DNA from: a virus | Taxonomy: Duplodnaviria; Caudoviricetes | DNA length: 55,000 nucleotides | IMG/VR virus record: IMGVR_UViG_3300046534_001090 | Coordinates: 1-55,000 of that record | Strand: one strand, 5' to 3' | Part shown: positions 38,801 through 46,059 of the stretch, piece after piece | Layout of the letters: each line of letters opens with the position of its first letter | Numbering within the stretch: position 1 is the stretch's first letter | The notes under the pieces: model-generated | What the model saw: only the letters and a program-made list of their open reading frames with translations | The model's database searches: none | What the model was told of the DNA's origin: nothing | Made by a program: the position numbers and the translations under genes

Positions 38801-40778
38801 ATTGCCTACAGATAACCCAAAGAACAAAAGCGGTAACACTAAAGGTTTGGCCGGCAAGAAGTCTGGGATTACCCAGCTTAAAGGTGGCGTAGAGCAGATT
38901 AGTATCATGGAATCTATCGTGCGTAATACAACAAGCATGATCGATGCGTCCATGAAAAACATTGCCATGCAAAGAACTATTGAATTAGCTGAAAAAACAG
39001 GAGTTGTTGAAGAGGTTAGCGATGCGACTATCAGTGATGAAGAGGCTATTAAGCGGCTTGATGATTATGGGATTCAGTACACTGACAAGAATTTAGGCGC
39101 CTACAAGAGTCTACTAGCTAAGAACGATGCTAGAAACGGCACTGTTAGCGTTAGTGTTAATGGCAAGCCTAAGAGATACCTGGTTAATGATCCTGTCCTA
39201 CTGCGAGCGATGAACGGACTAGGACCGACCGGGATAGAAGGCGTAATGAAGATCTTTAGAATGCCAAAGATGCTGCTGACTGAATTGATAGTAGCGGATC
39301 CATCATTCTCGTTAAGAAACTTCACGCGAGATACTTTGTCTACGTGGGTAACCGTCAACGGGATTAAGAGAAATCCTATTTCCGATGCAGTTAAAAATGT
39401 GCGTAATGCTTACAATGAGACTGATACGTTAAAGAGCATGCGTATTCAGGGTGTTGGTGGCGGCTCATTCTACGATGTAACACCTGAAGGCGTTAGGTCG
39501 CACTTAGAAAAAGTAAGCGGTGATGCGTCTATTGGGACAAGTGTTGCTGAATTTTGGCAATCATACAAAAAAGTCCTTGGCACAACTGAGTTAGCAAACA
39601 GAATGGCTGTGTATGACGCAGTGATTAAGGCCGGTGGTTCTAAAGCGGAGGCTGCTTACCAGGCAGATGACGTACTAAACTTTACTAGGCATGGTGAATG
39701 GAAAGCTATTAACTTCCTCATCCAGTCAGTACCGTTTATGAATTCCCGTATACAGGGCTTAGACAGGCTTGCTAGAGGCGCTAAAGAAGGAACTACTAAA
39801 GCTCACCAGTTCAATCAGCAATTTATGATGAAAGGCGCTGTGTACACCGCAGCGACATTGGCGCTATTGGCCGCTAATTGGGATAACGAAGACTATTGGG
39901 ATCTTGAGGAATGGGAGCGAGATACTTATTACCATTTCTACACGCCTGGTGGCGGGCATTTCCGTATGCCTAAACCTTTTGAGGTTGGCGCTATATTTTC
40001 TACTGTTCCTGAGAGACTGTTTGAGCAGTTCAGGGAAGATGCCAATATGAAGCTGCTAGGCAAGCGCATGCTTAGCATGTTCGCCAATACCTTCGCTTTT
40101 GATCCTGTTCCTCAGATTTTCAAGCCTGCTTATGAAGTGGCAAAGAATGAGAGCAGCTTTACCAAGAGACAGATTCTTAGTCAGGGCATGAAGTATGCTT
40201 CACCAGAAGCTCAGTACACGCCTTATACCAGCAAAACTTTTATTGAACTCGCTGATGCTATGCCTGATTCCGCTCCCGAGTGGATGCGCTCACCAGCTCG
40301 CCTAGAACACCTTTACAGGGGTTATTTAGGAACTCTAGGGGGATATGTCCTGTTAGGCAGTGATTTCATAGCTAGGCAGGCTACAGGTGCTCCACCACGG
40401 CCAGAAGCGCGAATAAGAGACATACCTGTACTGAATTCTTTTATCCGGGATGGCGTTCAAAGCAATAAGCAGCTAGGCAAGATCTATGATCTGTCGAACG
40501 ATATTAATGAAATATACACTGCCATGAACAAGTACCGTAAGGAAGGCGCCTCTCAAAAAGCGATTAGTCTTCTAACTAACAACAAAGAAAAACTAAGGTT
40601 GCGTATAGCTCTGAACAAGACAACTACGCAGATGGGAAATATCGGTGCTCAAATCAGGAAGGCATACGATAGCAAAACTCTTAATCCAGCAGAAAAGAGA
40701 AAGATGATTGATGATCTAACAACGAGAAGGAATGCTATTGCTAAAAATGCCGAGAAAAGGTTTAGAGATTTCTTCTAA
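29814..40778 (+). CDS. Giant polyvalent virion protein (DarB-like): adenine MTase, metallopeptidase, ART-like and LPD38-like domains
   Basis: 3654 aa; DFFPTP/VLEPSAGMG/IIMNPPF (~36519-36779), HELVGH (37326-37343), YYH..GIYF..VYPTYL..FIVFDPSQIRS (~37740-38150), RMPKPFEVG C-terminal region. Confidence 0.85.
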   Translation: MTLEEIRQKYPQYADLSDQVLADSLYESSYSDIERPEFDSLVGFQAKPDAPNASIIDTALDYGIDFSSGAVSLGESVVGIGDLLTGNLVGKGLSSIGYDPEKTREILKSGYSPERKQQLEEVQAAEGFLNTVIAAIQNPGVAIGTIIESTPYLLGSAALVRSAGTSMLASKGITPGTKAAQIFFKDPKVLTKLATIGAISEGAMAAGSIQEQARQEGQGYFDSAGYALAAGAGTALIGRLASRIPGFGDLETTVGTAGLGAGEGFTTGRLKQAIMDIGKGAIQEGVLEELPQSAQEQVFSNLALDKPWNENVPEAAAMGLIAGAGMGGGVGIIRTAMRRKDIEETIAGITDPDKSIDDAISEADQILQGNEVEFNAAIESSAIESQAKERSDIIQDIQNQIAEADKKIEKARGDRSQSDIDTATTERQGLRSELSNMIGMDLDTTFNPTVSNMEATLIPGEQIPGIDIVRQALGLEIETDQQSQARLDGTLGNVDFTPTANTDLSIAPRETAEDTGGIDFERPEITTSRLEPSANIQTSPIESVDFKTTDLAIETNDQANSRLSSNNTTVDFQPSKTSSMELAPKTAPTTGSIDFVRPERTTSQLDGAETQRPGEQIPSVDFERPTALSTTDIPATNQDATTSAPAVDYNPDRLPLVKSDGTAFKTEKSATMSKQFKSVPGATVIPVDGGFAVKPPTAEQVQATKDQAAEADKASTELSTKIRGIVGRSEKLSDARTAVARELGNEVTQQQEQNIKSYWNQDQQKARKQIKESDSLAVAIAKLGGIDMSYREDMTRDTTENKMVPGVGAMFNKKGTSPDDMATALLQYNYLTQSEIDNAMDNGGVNALADLINEELAGGKKRYQVGSAFEQEQMNAEIDAEYLEQKQIVEEDRDDVYSEIAAEYGQEIADQARVYDQDTEDYVYTLESDLDSQMESQIQQERDLENETINQDAAEASTTTSDESIGQTADQQSGFARTEDQNAQEEDFQLGQQSDADILAQERAQKAADDTAKKAEEKQKADDELGDFNLAGSNSAVDQAESRGQGNMFDAMGRAPVSDTEAEVQRLTKQVNKGEGTDQLRAKAGGEFGPNGEWYEGGKFIATTNLPKRMQVWLKNATRNTEVLTEFATDDTPAKKSIPRIGQFPIVSGIADAYGAFGPQGKTSDGREEWMRENYSPDLYAEIVKARDLYISGDRWVSVLDFPLSANVSDLSRMIVNDIAVPEEAIINRDQKVQDNIRAVQKAYENEFSDIVTTPAETSSAELVDADIFEAIDNAADYNKKLENSYVERNFSDQISAEFLKIRTRTKRNEWLDDNLTGDQENELQDLYNLDEDRLNELSQYVGQFDDSSPQAMGKSIALWFKDVDSKNFKDTPQYAGILSALEFAKSKNWDLNTVMVGATDRINEWAGSDAAELFPRFFGQDADNTRTIEQVQLEYQAVEVLNGDDMTESRLEQQDTLREEAKDLQVEKAQSMLDEGKVPVFQEGDLYYTITPSTRSQGKYQLTTYNKTGALGDTTLNSLEAINRELQLASATILPESEADKVMGDIAIAEGEFQERRTKSQEQANDPASQAISQFTTAIKDLTDQLKAPAATGQATQTVAEPDVKSTPLSQADEQVSKIPDGDLPIDEFKAAFEFVVENKEAIKTELSSSMTKAQLLDRLGAYESSRYKNEKKSMVVSTVFDDILSDFLAPTAGESGMISYSIGMGGDATQSKRNKINALTQEDLDNHATRIEQSRKDRAKALEEKEEGIENPESIQDYENLLNKLARENEVKTFAEARNLLPLDQRMEFDVLKAAESRGKRVDNKDAEKTRLQTSDIAQVGEIIETTHTKKGYDLFVIQLEDRIEKEEYQKLNASAKKLGGRYSSFRGSGAIPGFTFTERDNAEAFQKLVGGDTDQAQEVAQARRDEFKDDKSQSAVERLRTMADSLEERANTSLNQDRKENTARRAGMAASATAKAEAEIAMAQTMNNIANSIESGDAQFLDQVRTKTQVEMLDSFIHIAKSEQAYEMFPGDYTKQQNFKYSEPTAETAEKAVFPAYVAWRSDLAKLGRQLQEIPGTKRMGDNLIKVADDVSSQYTKWAKDNLIEASVFKKADGSLAAFSTKKAALASIYVSGFSGQAIPFQVKRGEHVIVLSPSEAQKRGIWEGQEDKKISLSKDFSSELITKLNRKSVDVPWILDSAHAKRKRLSAMNIETPAEFRSMMQEYIASKSQAKEPNKIKELERAMVGRRNDGLDFFPTPALVAGEMIDAAGIEEGMTVLEPSAGMGHIADQVRQAGFEPDVVEISGDRRELLEAKGYNVIDTDFLETTDKYDRIIMNPPFSDRRDFEHVQHAYSLLNENGRLVAIVGEGVFFGSDKKAKEFRDWFESTGGTDEKLAEGTFQDPSLPVTTGVNARMIVIDKSSDEDVLFSDDDILQISKLQADPDVRGLKVEKIRGSLAPALANLNQIDGFDVEILQSVGDLPPGALNQTDKNGRYKGAFYQGKVYLFADNLNSRRDAETTLAHELVGHKGVLVGATAEEWSGIKKDINNLLKLKNATAVDIASETNRRYKNLKQGSENWNKEFLAIAAERRSLRGTLKDMVERVKAIVRRYMKELGFKGPFAESDIESILQNSEQNLRNRRGDPRANPNDSFLGVSDLPMDTESRLQRARDMGFDTDTVYYHKSKNDFEEFSRDAESGWTIDKKTNGIYFASDRDYVNMYSGTTVYPTYLKKGARIKDVSSNLELSDQHKETRKAEQDGFTAVRITDNSLGEFIVFDPSQIRSVNAEFDPDFSDSGNILMSQEEPDSALKEIADRVLAKTNRGSFANTLKQSIEDHKDNWQSTMRRGLVDEYQSIADLETAQYGELRDATDSAYKAATFSKKSGTVLDSVMTYGAPVYKDGGIEIDESMPGLVKIFEPLAMRGMVREWELWAGAVRAKRLMAEGRENLYTQKDIDTILGSVTGKKLELYQKIQRNWTAFNKRMLDFSEAAGLINPEERQLWESDDYVPFHRISELPTDNPKNKSGNTKGLAGKKSGITQLKGGVEQISIMESIVRNTTSMIDASMKNIAMQRTIELAEKTGVVEEVSDATISDEEAIKRLDDYGIQYTDKNLGAYKSLLAKNDARNGTVSVSVNGKPKRYLVNDPVLLRAMNGLGPTGIEGVMKIFRMPKMLLTELIVADPSFSLRNFTRDTLSTWVTVNGIKRNPISDAVKNVRNAYNETDTLKSMRIQGVGGGSFYDVTPEGVRSHLEKVSGDASIGTSVAEFWQSYKKVLGTTELANRMAVYDAVIKAGGSKAEAAYQADDVLNFTRHGEWKAINFLIQSVPFMNSRIQGLDRLARGAKEGTTKAHQFNQQFMMKGAVYTAATLALLAANWDNEDYWDLEEWERDTYYHFYTPGGGHFRMPKPFEVGAIFSTVPERLFEQFREDANMKLLGKRMLSMFANTFAFDPVPQIFKPAYEVAKNESSFTKRQILSQGMKYASPEAQYTPYTSKTFIELADAMPDSAPEWMRSPARLEHLYRGYLGTLGGYVLLGSDFIARQATGAPPRPEARIRDIPVLNSFIRDGVQSNKQLGKIYDLSNDINEIYTAMNKYRKEGASQKAISLLTNNKEKLRLRIALNKTTTQMGNIGAQIRKAYDSKTLNPAEKRKMIDDLTTRRNAIAKNAEKRFRDFF

Positions 40779-40873
40779 AGGCCAGATCCGGTTAGGTATA
40801 GGGCAATCTGAATCAACATGCCGATGATTGCCAATACCAGTATTACCCCCATCCAAAAATTCCACTTCTTCAT
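40775..40873 (-). CDS. 32-aa single-TM peptide, below the ORF-track cutoff
   Basis: MKKWNFWMGVILVLAIIGMLIQIALYLTGSGL; ATGA overlap with the upstream gene and GGGAAG SD. Confidence 0.6.
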   Translation of the reverse strand: MKKWNFWMGVILVLAIIGMLIQIALYLTGSGL

Positions 40874-41217
40874 TCTATGTGCTTCCCTGTAACTAGGGTT
40901 TGTACGTTGTATGTAAAGCCATTATGGTTAAATTTCATTTCTCCAAAATGTGCAGTTTTAGGCTTTATACGTGTGCATCTTTCGCCTTGATTGATCGCAT
41001 AATCACAAACTATATTTGAATTAAAAATTTCTTTAGCCCAATCTCGCACTGTGCATAGCCCGGTAGAATCTTCTGGCTCAACTTCTGCGCTTGGCAGCAT
41101 CCAATAATTGAAAGTAGATTTAATCGATAGACAATTAACGCAAATCATAACGGCTTTACTGCCATCTGTTAGGTCTACTGCTGGGATATTAAATGTGTGA
41201 ATATGTTTGCATTTCAT
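40870..41217 (-). CDS. Hypothetical protein (possible Zn ligands CKH / CVNC)
   Basis: AGGA SD; 115-aa ORF. Confidence 0.6.
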   Translation of the reverse strand: MKCKHIHTFNIPAVDLTDGSKAVMICVNCLSIKSTFNYWMLPSAEVEPEDSTGLCTVRDWAKEIFNSNIVCDYAINQGERCTRIKPKTAHFGEMKFNHNGFTYNVQTLVTGKHIE

Positions 41218-41295
41218 AAGACTTATATCCTAGTGTTTTTCATACCTTTGGTGATAGACTTGATCATTCTATATGTTGTGTATATCTCTCAGTTT

Positions 41296-41320
41296 AGCCG
41301 GGGTCAGACCCGGCTTTTTT
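41296..41320 (+). terminator. Rho-independent terminator, + orientation
   Basis: AGCCGGG-GTCAGA-CCCGGCT followed by a T-tract. Confidence 0.75.
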
Positions 41321-41343
41321 ATGCGCGTTAATAAACTATTAAA

Positions 41344-41610
41344 TTAAAGGCTTGCCGATCGAGCAATTTTCTTAAGTCTAAGTTTTAATTTATCGTTTTC
41401 AGTTCTAAGCGAGTCCTGAACAGCAAATAGCTGGGCTACTGAAGCTCTTGTAGGAACAAGCATATAAGATCTTATTAGCCTATTCTTATCCTTTACTTCA
41501 GTTACAAAGTCATTTTCACAATCTTTTAAAAACCGATTTGCCCTATCGAATTGCTGTATTGTGTATTGCTGTCCGTTGCTCACTAAGTACAAACCTGCTG
41601 GTTTACCCAC
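41344..41610 (-). CDS. Hypothetical protein
   Basis: ORF in the minus-strand operon; start uncertain. Confidence 0.5.
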   Translation of the reverse strand: MGKPAGLYLVSNGQQYTIQQFDRANRFLKDCENDFVTEVKDKNRLIRSYMLVPTRASVAQLFAVQDSLRTENDKLKLRLKKIARSASL

Positions 41611-41876
41611 TTACCGTTAAGGTAAACCCTTTCCATTCTGCACCGAGTAGTGCCAACAGGTGGCACCGTAGGGATACGGATAGGCTTAAAACTTGGCGAT
41701 TGGATTGGCCTAACAGATGGCGGTCTAACTGTTGGAACCCGGATAGCGGAGTCGCATATCTGCTTTTGGATAGCCGGTGTCGATAACTTAAAATCGTGAT
41801 CTACCCAAACCCATTTACATGCAGCCAGGCTAGATTGCGAAATTAACATAATCGTTATTGCTAGTAGTATTTTCAT
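41583..41876 (-). CDS. Small exported Cys/Pro-rich protein
   Basis: MKILLAITIMLISQSSLA signal peptide; four Cys; Pro-rich PTVRPPSVRPIQSPS segment. Confidence 0.7.
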   Translation of the reverse strand: MKILLAITIMLISQSSLAACKWVWVDHDFKLSTPAIQKQICDSAIRVPTVRPPSVRPIQSPSFKPIRIPTVPPVGTTRCRMERVYLNGKWVNQQVCT

Positions 41877-42322
41877 GGTTCTTCCTTATCGGTGGTTGGG
41901 GTGTTCTTGGCTAACTTCTGGCTATTAAGTTGTGCAACGATATCGCAAAGTGATGCTTGCTTTGCGGCTCCATCGTCACCATTTAACAGCACATCAATCT
42001 CTCTAACCAATCGCTTATTGTCGATGCTTATCAACGCATAGTCTTTAATCAATTCCATCAGCTTGGCCTTGTCTTGCTCTAGCTGCTTCTCTATGAGCAA
42101 AAGCCTGTCCTGTTCTTCGCTTGCTGTCTTATATAAATCAGTTAGCGCCTGAACTTCTCGCTCTAGCTTCTCTATTTTAGATGTAACGCTTTTAAGGAAT
42201 TCACGAGATTCCCTCGGCATTTCAACATTTACTCTATCTGAGGCTATGCCCTCTAAAACACTCGCGGTGGAAATTTTAAATTCACCAACAAACATCTTCC
42301 TAAACTGTTTTCCGTTAATCAC
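41873..42322 (-). CDS. Ead/Ea22-like coiled-coil phage protein
   Basis: LVREIDVLLNG..GAAKQASLCDIVAQ motif; GGAGG SD. Confidence 0.6.
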   Translation of the reverse strand: MINGKQFRKMFVGEFKISTASVLEGIASDRVNVEMPRESREFLKSVTSKIEKLEREVQALTDLYKTASEEQDRLLLIEKQLEQDKAKLMELIKDYALISIDNKRLVREIDVLLNGDDGAAKQASLCDIVAQLNSQKLAKNTPTTDKEEP

Positions 42323-42426
42323 ACAGACCTCCTGTTACTTGCATTGGGGCTCTAATTTAATATCTCTTTATATCAATGACTTATGCTATCTTTTTTTATA
42401 AAGTTTCGTTTAAATAGCGTTTGGGC

Positions 42427-42858
42427 TTAGGGTTTAAGGGCTTGCTCTATCTCTTGCGTTAGAGTGTATTTTCTCTTCACGTACTCGATGGGTATTTCTA
42501 GCTCGTTAATCATGGCCAAGGCGATCGCGTCTTCCTTCTTCATGCAAAGCACTGCGTATTCAGCGCAGTCTCTACTAATGGTCACGCTATCGCTAGAGGG
42601 TAGGGCATCGCGCTGGTCAATCAGTGATGCGGCTCTTTTTCCTAGCATTTCTCTACCTGCCGCGTCATTAGGGCAGGCTAAATCAGCAACTAAATCCCAT
42701 GCCAGATTGTTAAGAACTTTATCCTCGCTGGCAGCTTGTGGGGCGGGGGTGTTGTTAGTTTGTCGATCTTTATGCCCGCAATCCTGCCTACCGCATTGAT
42801 TCAATCCGGCGCTGTCTGGGACATTGCAAGCAGGGCAGCTGTACTCTTTATCACTCAT
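42427..42858 (-). CDS. Hypothetical protein (N-terminal CxxC)
   Basis: AAGGTGAG SD; 143 aa. Confidence 0.6.
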   Translation of the reverse strand: MSDKEYSCPACNVPDSAGLNQCGRQDCGHKDRQTNNTPAPQAASEDKVLNNLAWDLVADLACPNDAAGREMLGKRAASLIDQRDALPSSDSVTISRDCAEYAVLCMKKEDAIALAMINELEIPIEYVKRKYTLTQEIEQALKP

Positions 42859-42879
42859 AGTCTCACCTTGATGTTTGGG

Positions 42880-43107
42880 TTATAAATAAATATGCCCGCC
42901 AGTTCTGACTAGGGTTGCTTGCTTCTCTTCATCACTAAGGGCGTTCCAATCGTTAAACAATCCCCAAAAGCTATCGGGGATATTCTGTACTGGGTCACCT
43001 TTCTTATTTAGCGGGCAAGGACCGCAGTAAGGATGTAACTCAAATTGCTGGCCCTCGTATTCGTAATCGTTGCCGCCCATATTTAGATGAATTGCCATAT
43101 CTCTCAC
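42880..43107 (-). CDS. Hypothetical protein
   Basis: FELHPYCGPCPL.K.GDP motif; operon position. Confidence 0.6.
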   Translation of the reverse strand: MRDMAIHLNMGGNDYEYEGQQFELHPYCGPCPLNKKGDPVQNIPDSFWGLFNDWNALSDEEKQATLVRTGGHIYL

Positions 43108-43113
43108 CTTACA

Positions 43114-43410
43114 TCAAAACAAATTTTTCTGACCAGGCTGATCTGCTCTGATCACTCGATAACGGTACAATCCATTGCCGACAAATTCCTTGGTCACATC
43201 ATGGCCACCAAATCTAGGCTTTCTTAGATGCCTTAGTTGAGCAGATACCGATGCTTCTGGATCACCAGTTTCATCTGATATCTGCCCAAGTGTGCGCCAG
43301 CTACTATCTTTCATGCAATCCCATACACGTTTGATCTGACCTGTTAGCCGAGCATCATCGCGCTTAGGCTGATAGTCAGCACCATTAAACATCTGTTTGT
43401 ATACGACCAT
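43114..43410 (-). CDS. Winged-HTH phage protein
   Basis: WRTLGQISDETGDPEASVSAQLRHLRK HTH-like motif. Confidence 0.7.
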   Translation of the reverse strand: MVVYKQMFNGADYQPKRDDARLTGQIKRVWDCMKDSSWRTLGQISDETGDPEASVSAQLRHLRKPRFGGHDVTKEFVGNGLYRYRVIRADQPGQKNLF

Positions 43411-43431
43411 AATCCAAGCCTTTCGTTAGTA

Positions 43432-44559
43432 TTAAATCGTCCAGACTTTATTAACCGCCATCAAGAAAACGTTCTTGCCGTATCCGGCATAGAACTCTGC
43501 GCCTGCAAAATCAGTGGTAAAGTTGGGTTGGTAAGTAACCAGGCTAAGTAGGTTTATTTTCTTGAGGGGATAGTCAGTTAGAAAAGGAACAACCCCCTGC
43601 TCTATAGGAAGCCACGAGTCATCCCCCTGATTGTGCTTGATAAGAGCTTGTCCATTAGGTAACACGGCACCCGCCCAAATATTAGTAGTGGTGCCTATAA
43701 GATCATCGGGAACTTGCAGCCTCGCGGAAAAAGCACTTGGTGTTAGCAGGTTCTTAAATATGCCGGAGCGTTCAGGTGTCCCAACCCCTTTAAAGTATCT
43801 AATGCACCACGCTTCTGGGCGCAAAGAATTAACGACTGAAAACGGTAGGCCCGTATAGCCTTTATCTCCGTGACCTTGCCCCCACCAGTTGGCGAGTAGG
43901 AACATTTGCAACTCCATGTCGTAGCCCACAATATACATATAGTGCCTTCCAATGGCTGGGTTTTCAGCGTCTTCAACCTGATATTTATGTTCGGTCCAAT
44001 GACCTTTAAGGCTGAAAATTGAGTCTGTAACGCGTATACCCAAGCCTACTATCATCCCCTCATTTAAAGCGGAGCAAACGCGATGAACTTTTTCTTCTTC
44101 GGTGTACTGGGGCCCTACTGGAATTACAGCCTCGTAATCAGCTATCAAGTTTGGCTTTGCTAAAGCGTATGTTTCTGGGCTGGGTATTGTGTTATTTGCT
44201 TCTTCAAGGTACGGATACTCATGCTCTTGGCATACCCCAACAGTTGAAAGCGCCTGCAACGCATCACGGATGTAAACGCCATACTGCCCCACATAGCCAC
44301 CCAACACCTTGGTTGAGTTGTGCATAAACTGCCTAGATGGGATAAATAGTCCTCCATCGCCATCTATTTTGCGAGCAAGATCAAAGTAATTGCCATTGGC
44401 TACACAAGCGCCTTGCGCTAACTGATTAACCAAACCAACACATGACCATCGAAGGTCTAGGGATTTTGGCAACTCTTCGGGCATGAAGGGCGAAATGTAG
44501 TCGTGGTCCCTTGGATCGACTGTAGGTACTGCGTTTCCTGCTAACTCAAACTTTTGCAT
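43432..44559 (-). CDS. Papain-like (C1A) cysteine peptidase
   Basis: LPKSLDLR, NQLAQGAC (oxyanion Gln, catalytic Cys), GRHYMYIVGYD (His), ANWWG (Asn); likely start ATG 44559. Confidence 0.88.
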   Translation of the reverse strand: MQKFELAGNAVPTVDPRDHDYISPFMPEELPKSLDLRWSCVGLVNQLAQGACVANGNYFDLARKIDGDGGLFIPSRQFMHNSTKVLGGYVGQYGVYIRDALQALSTVGVCQEHEYPYLEEANNTIPSPETYALAKPNLIADYEAVIPVGPQYTEEEKVHRVCSALNEGMIVGLGIRVTDSIFSLKGHWTEHKYQVEDAENPAIGRHYMYIVGYDMELQMFLLANWWGQGHGDKGYTGLPFSVVNSLRPEAWCIRYFKGVGTPERSGIFKNLLTPSAFSARLQVPDDLIGTTTNIWAGAVLPNGQALIKHNQGDDSWLPIEQGVVPFLTDYPLKKINLLSLVTYQPNFTTDFAGAEFYAGYGKNVFLMAVNKVWTI

Positions 44560-44671
44560 CTTCATCATCCTCACAAATACAGTTAGTTTCTAATTCACCA
44601 CAGCTTTTACACTTTTTATGCTCAGCCTGGTAATCATCTTCTTCTACAGGTTTCATATTTCTTCTACCATT
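44546..44671 (-). CDS. 41-aa acidic Cys-cluster peptide, not in the ORF track
   Basis: MVEENMKPVEEDDYQAEHKKCKSCGELETNCICEDDEDAKV; starts 1 nt after the rdgC stop and overlaps the peptidase start. Confidence 0.55.
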   Translation of the reverse strand, partial: NGRRNMKPVEEDDYQAEHKKCKSCGELETNCICEDDEDAKV

Positions 44672-44672
44672 T

Positions 44673-45578
44673 TTATTCTTTGAGGCCGGACCCGCCAAGC
44701 GCACTACAAAGAGAAAGTATTATTTTTGAGATATTGCTAATTGATAAAAGAATATCTGCCTGGGCTCTTTGCTCATCAGACTCATCTGGGTTTTCTTCAA
44801 GAGTATCTTCTTCTTTAAATTCAAGAAACTTAATGCCCTTAATTCCTAGTGATTTAGTAAATACGACCCTTACCAGATTCTGATAGATAAGCTCTATCTC
44901 GGCGCCATACATATTATGCTCGGCAATAAGTTCGCGGCCCATAGGGATTAGTTCTGGCTCACCCTTTAATGTGTGAACTTCGCCGCCGTTGCCAGCTAAC
45001 CTTGCATACTCACCAATACGAAAAGCAGAAGGAAGATTGTTATCGATTGCGTTAGCGTTAAACCATCCAGCTATACCCATATCAACTGGATACTTACACT
45101 CAATAGGCTTGACCGGCAGACTGCCAGTGCAGCTTCTAATAAGGTTAGTCATCTTATCAGCCTGATTCTCTGAGCTGGCATCCACAATTAGCAGGTGATT
45201 CTTTAAATCAAATACCGCATGGATTCTTTTGTGCTTAGTAAACGCTTGGGGTAGCAATGATGCAGTAACATCATCTTGAATTTGCTTGCGCTCTTTGCGA
45301 TACATTTTACGTTGTTCTTTTTCTTCTATCCGCTCAATAATTTCATCCGCTTTTCTGCGAACGACTTCAGCGGGAAGTATCTTCTCTTCGATATTGATGC
45401 AAAGAAGAGCTAGATCACCGAACAAGTTTAAATGAGAGGAAAACCCAAGAGGCACTACAAAGCCGGCAGAGCTAAACTGGTAGTCGCTGCAAGGCACAAA
45501 CATCTGCTCTTCAAACATGGCCTCATCCATTTCTGGAAGGGTTGAATAGGTAAAAATACTTGCGTTTTTAAAGAACAT
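44673..45578 (-). CDS. rdgC: Recombination-associated protein RdgC
   Basis: MFFKNA..F, SAGFV.PLG, EEKILPAEVV, LLPQAFTK, VDASS and RSCTGSLPV.P motifs. Confidence 0.92.
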   Translation of the reverse strand: MFFKNASIFTYSTLPEMDEAMFEEQMFVPCSDYQFSSAGFVVPLGFSSHLNLFGDLALLCINIEEKILPAEVVRRKADEIIERIEEKEQRKMYRKERKQIQDDVTASLLPQAFTKHKRIHAVFDLKNHLLIVDASSENQADKMTNLIRSCTGSLPVKPIECKYPVDMGIAGWFNANAIDNNLPSAFRIGEYARLAGNGGEVHTLKGEPELIPMGRELIAEHNMYGAEIELIYQNLVRVVFTKSLGIKGIKFLEFKEEDTLEENPDESDEQRAQADILLSISNISKIILSLCSALGGSGLKE

Positions 45579-45741
45579 CTAAACTCTCCGTAATATTCTC
45601 AGCCAGTTTCACAGAATCAACTTTCTTCTGCTTTATATAGGTAAGCAATCTTCCTTCTGCTATTTCTCTTGATCTATTAAAGAAGGCTGCTTTACCTAAT
45701 TTTGCCATATACCAATTTGGCGCTAATTCTTTTGTTATCAC
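45568..45741 (-). CDS. 57-aa hypothetical protein, not in the ORF track
   Basis: AGGAG SD then GTG; fills the csrA-rdgC gap and overlaps the rdgC start. Confidence 0.55.
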   Translation of the reverse strand: MITKELAPNWYMAKLGKAAFFNRSREIAEGRLLTYIKQKKVDSVKLAENITESLDVL

Positions 45742-45756
45742 TTTGTTCTCCTAGTG

Positions 45757-45963
45757 TTAGTCCACTTTTTCGGATTGAATTTTTTCGTGAACTTCCATTC
45801 TGTTCACTGGAACAGATTTGTCAGCAATTATACCTATCCTTGCTCGACCATTCTTTATATCCAAAACAGTTATTGTAATTTCAGCATTTTCACCTATCAC
45901 AAAACTTTCGCCTATTTTTCTAGTGAGCAGTAGGCATCCTTTTTCGTAATGATTATCGTCCAT
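45757..45963 (-). CDS. csrA: CsrA/RsmA family RNA-binding translational regulator
   Basis: LLLTRKIGESFVIG...ITVLDIKNGRARIGIIADKSVPVNRMEV; ATG 45963 with AGGTG SD. Confidence 0.88.
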   Translation of the reverse strand: MDDNHYEKGCLLLTRKIGESFVIGENAEITITVLDIKNGRARIGIIADKSVPVNRMEVHEKIQSEKVD

Positions 45964-46059
45964 TTTAACACCTATGTTTCTAATCTTGATTGGGTAGTTA
46001 TTAAAGGTGATAGAACAGCTTGTAATAAATCCCAAGCTGTTCTGCAGTCCACTTTTTTG

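Noticed and set aside
2352-39358. Numerous minus-strand and alternate-frame ORFs of 60-156 aa overlapping ssb, terminase, portal, tail and giant genes
   Set aside because: Shadow ORFs of well-supported + strand genes, with no SD or recognisable motifs
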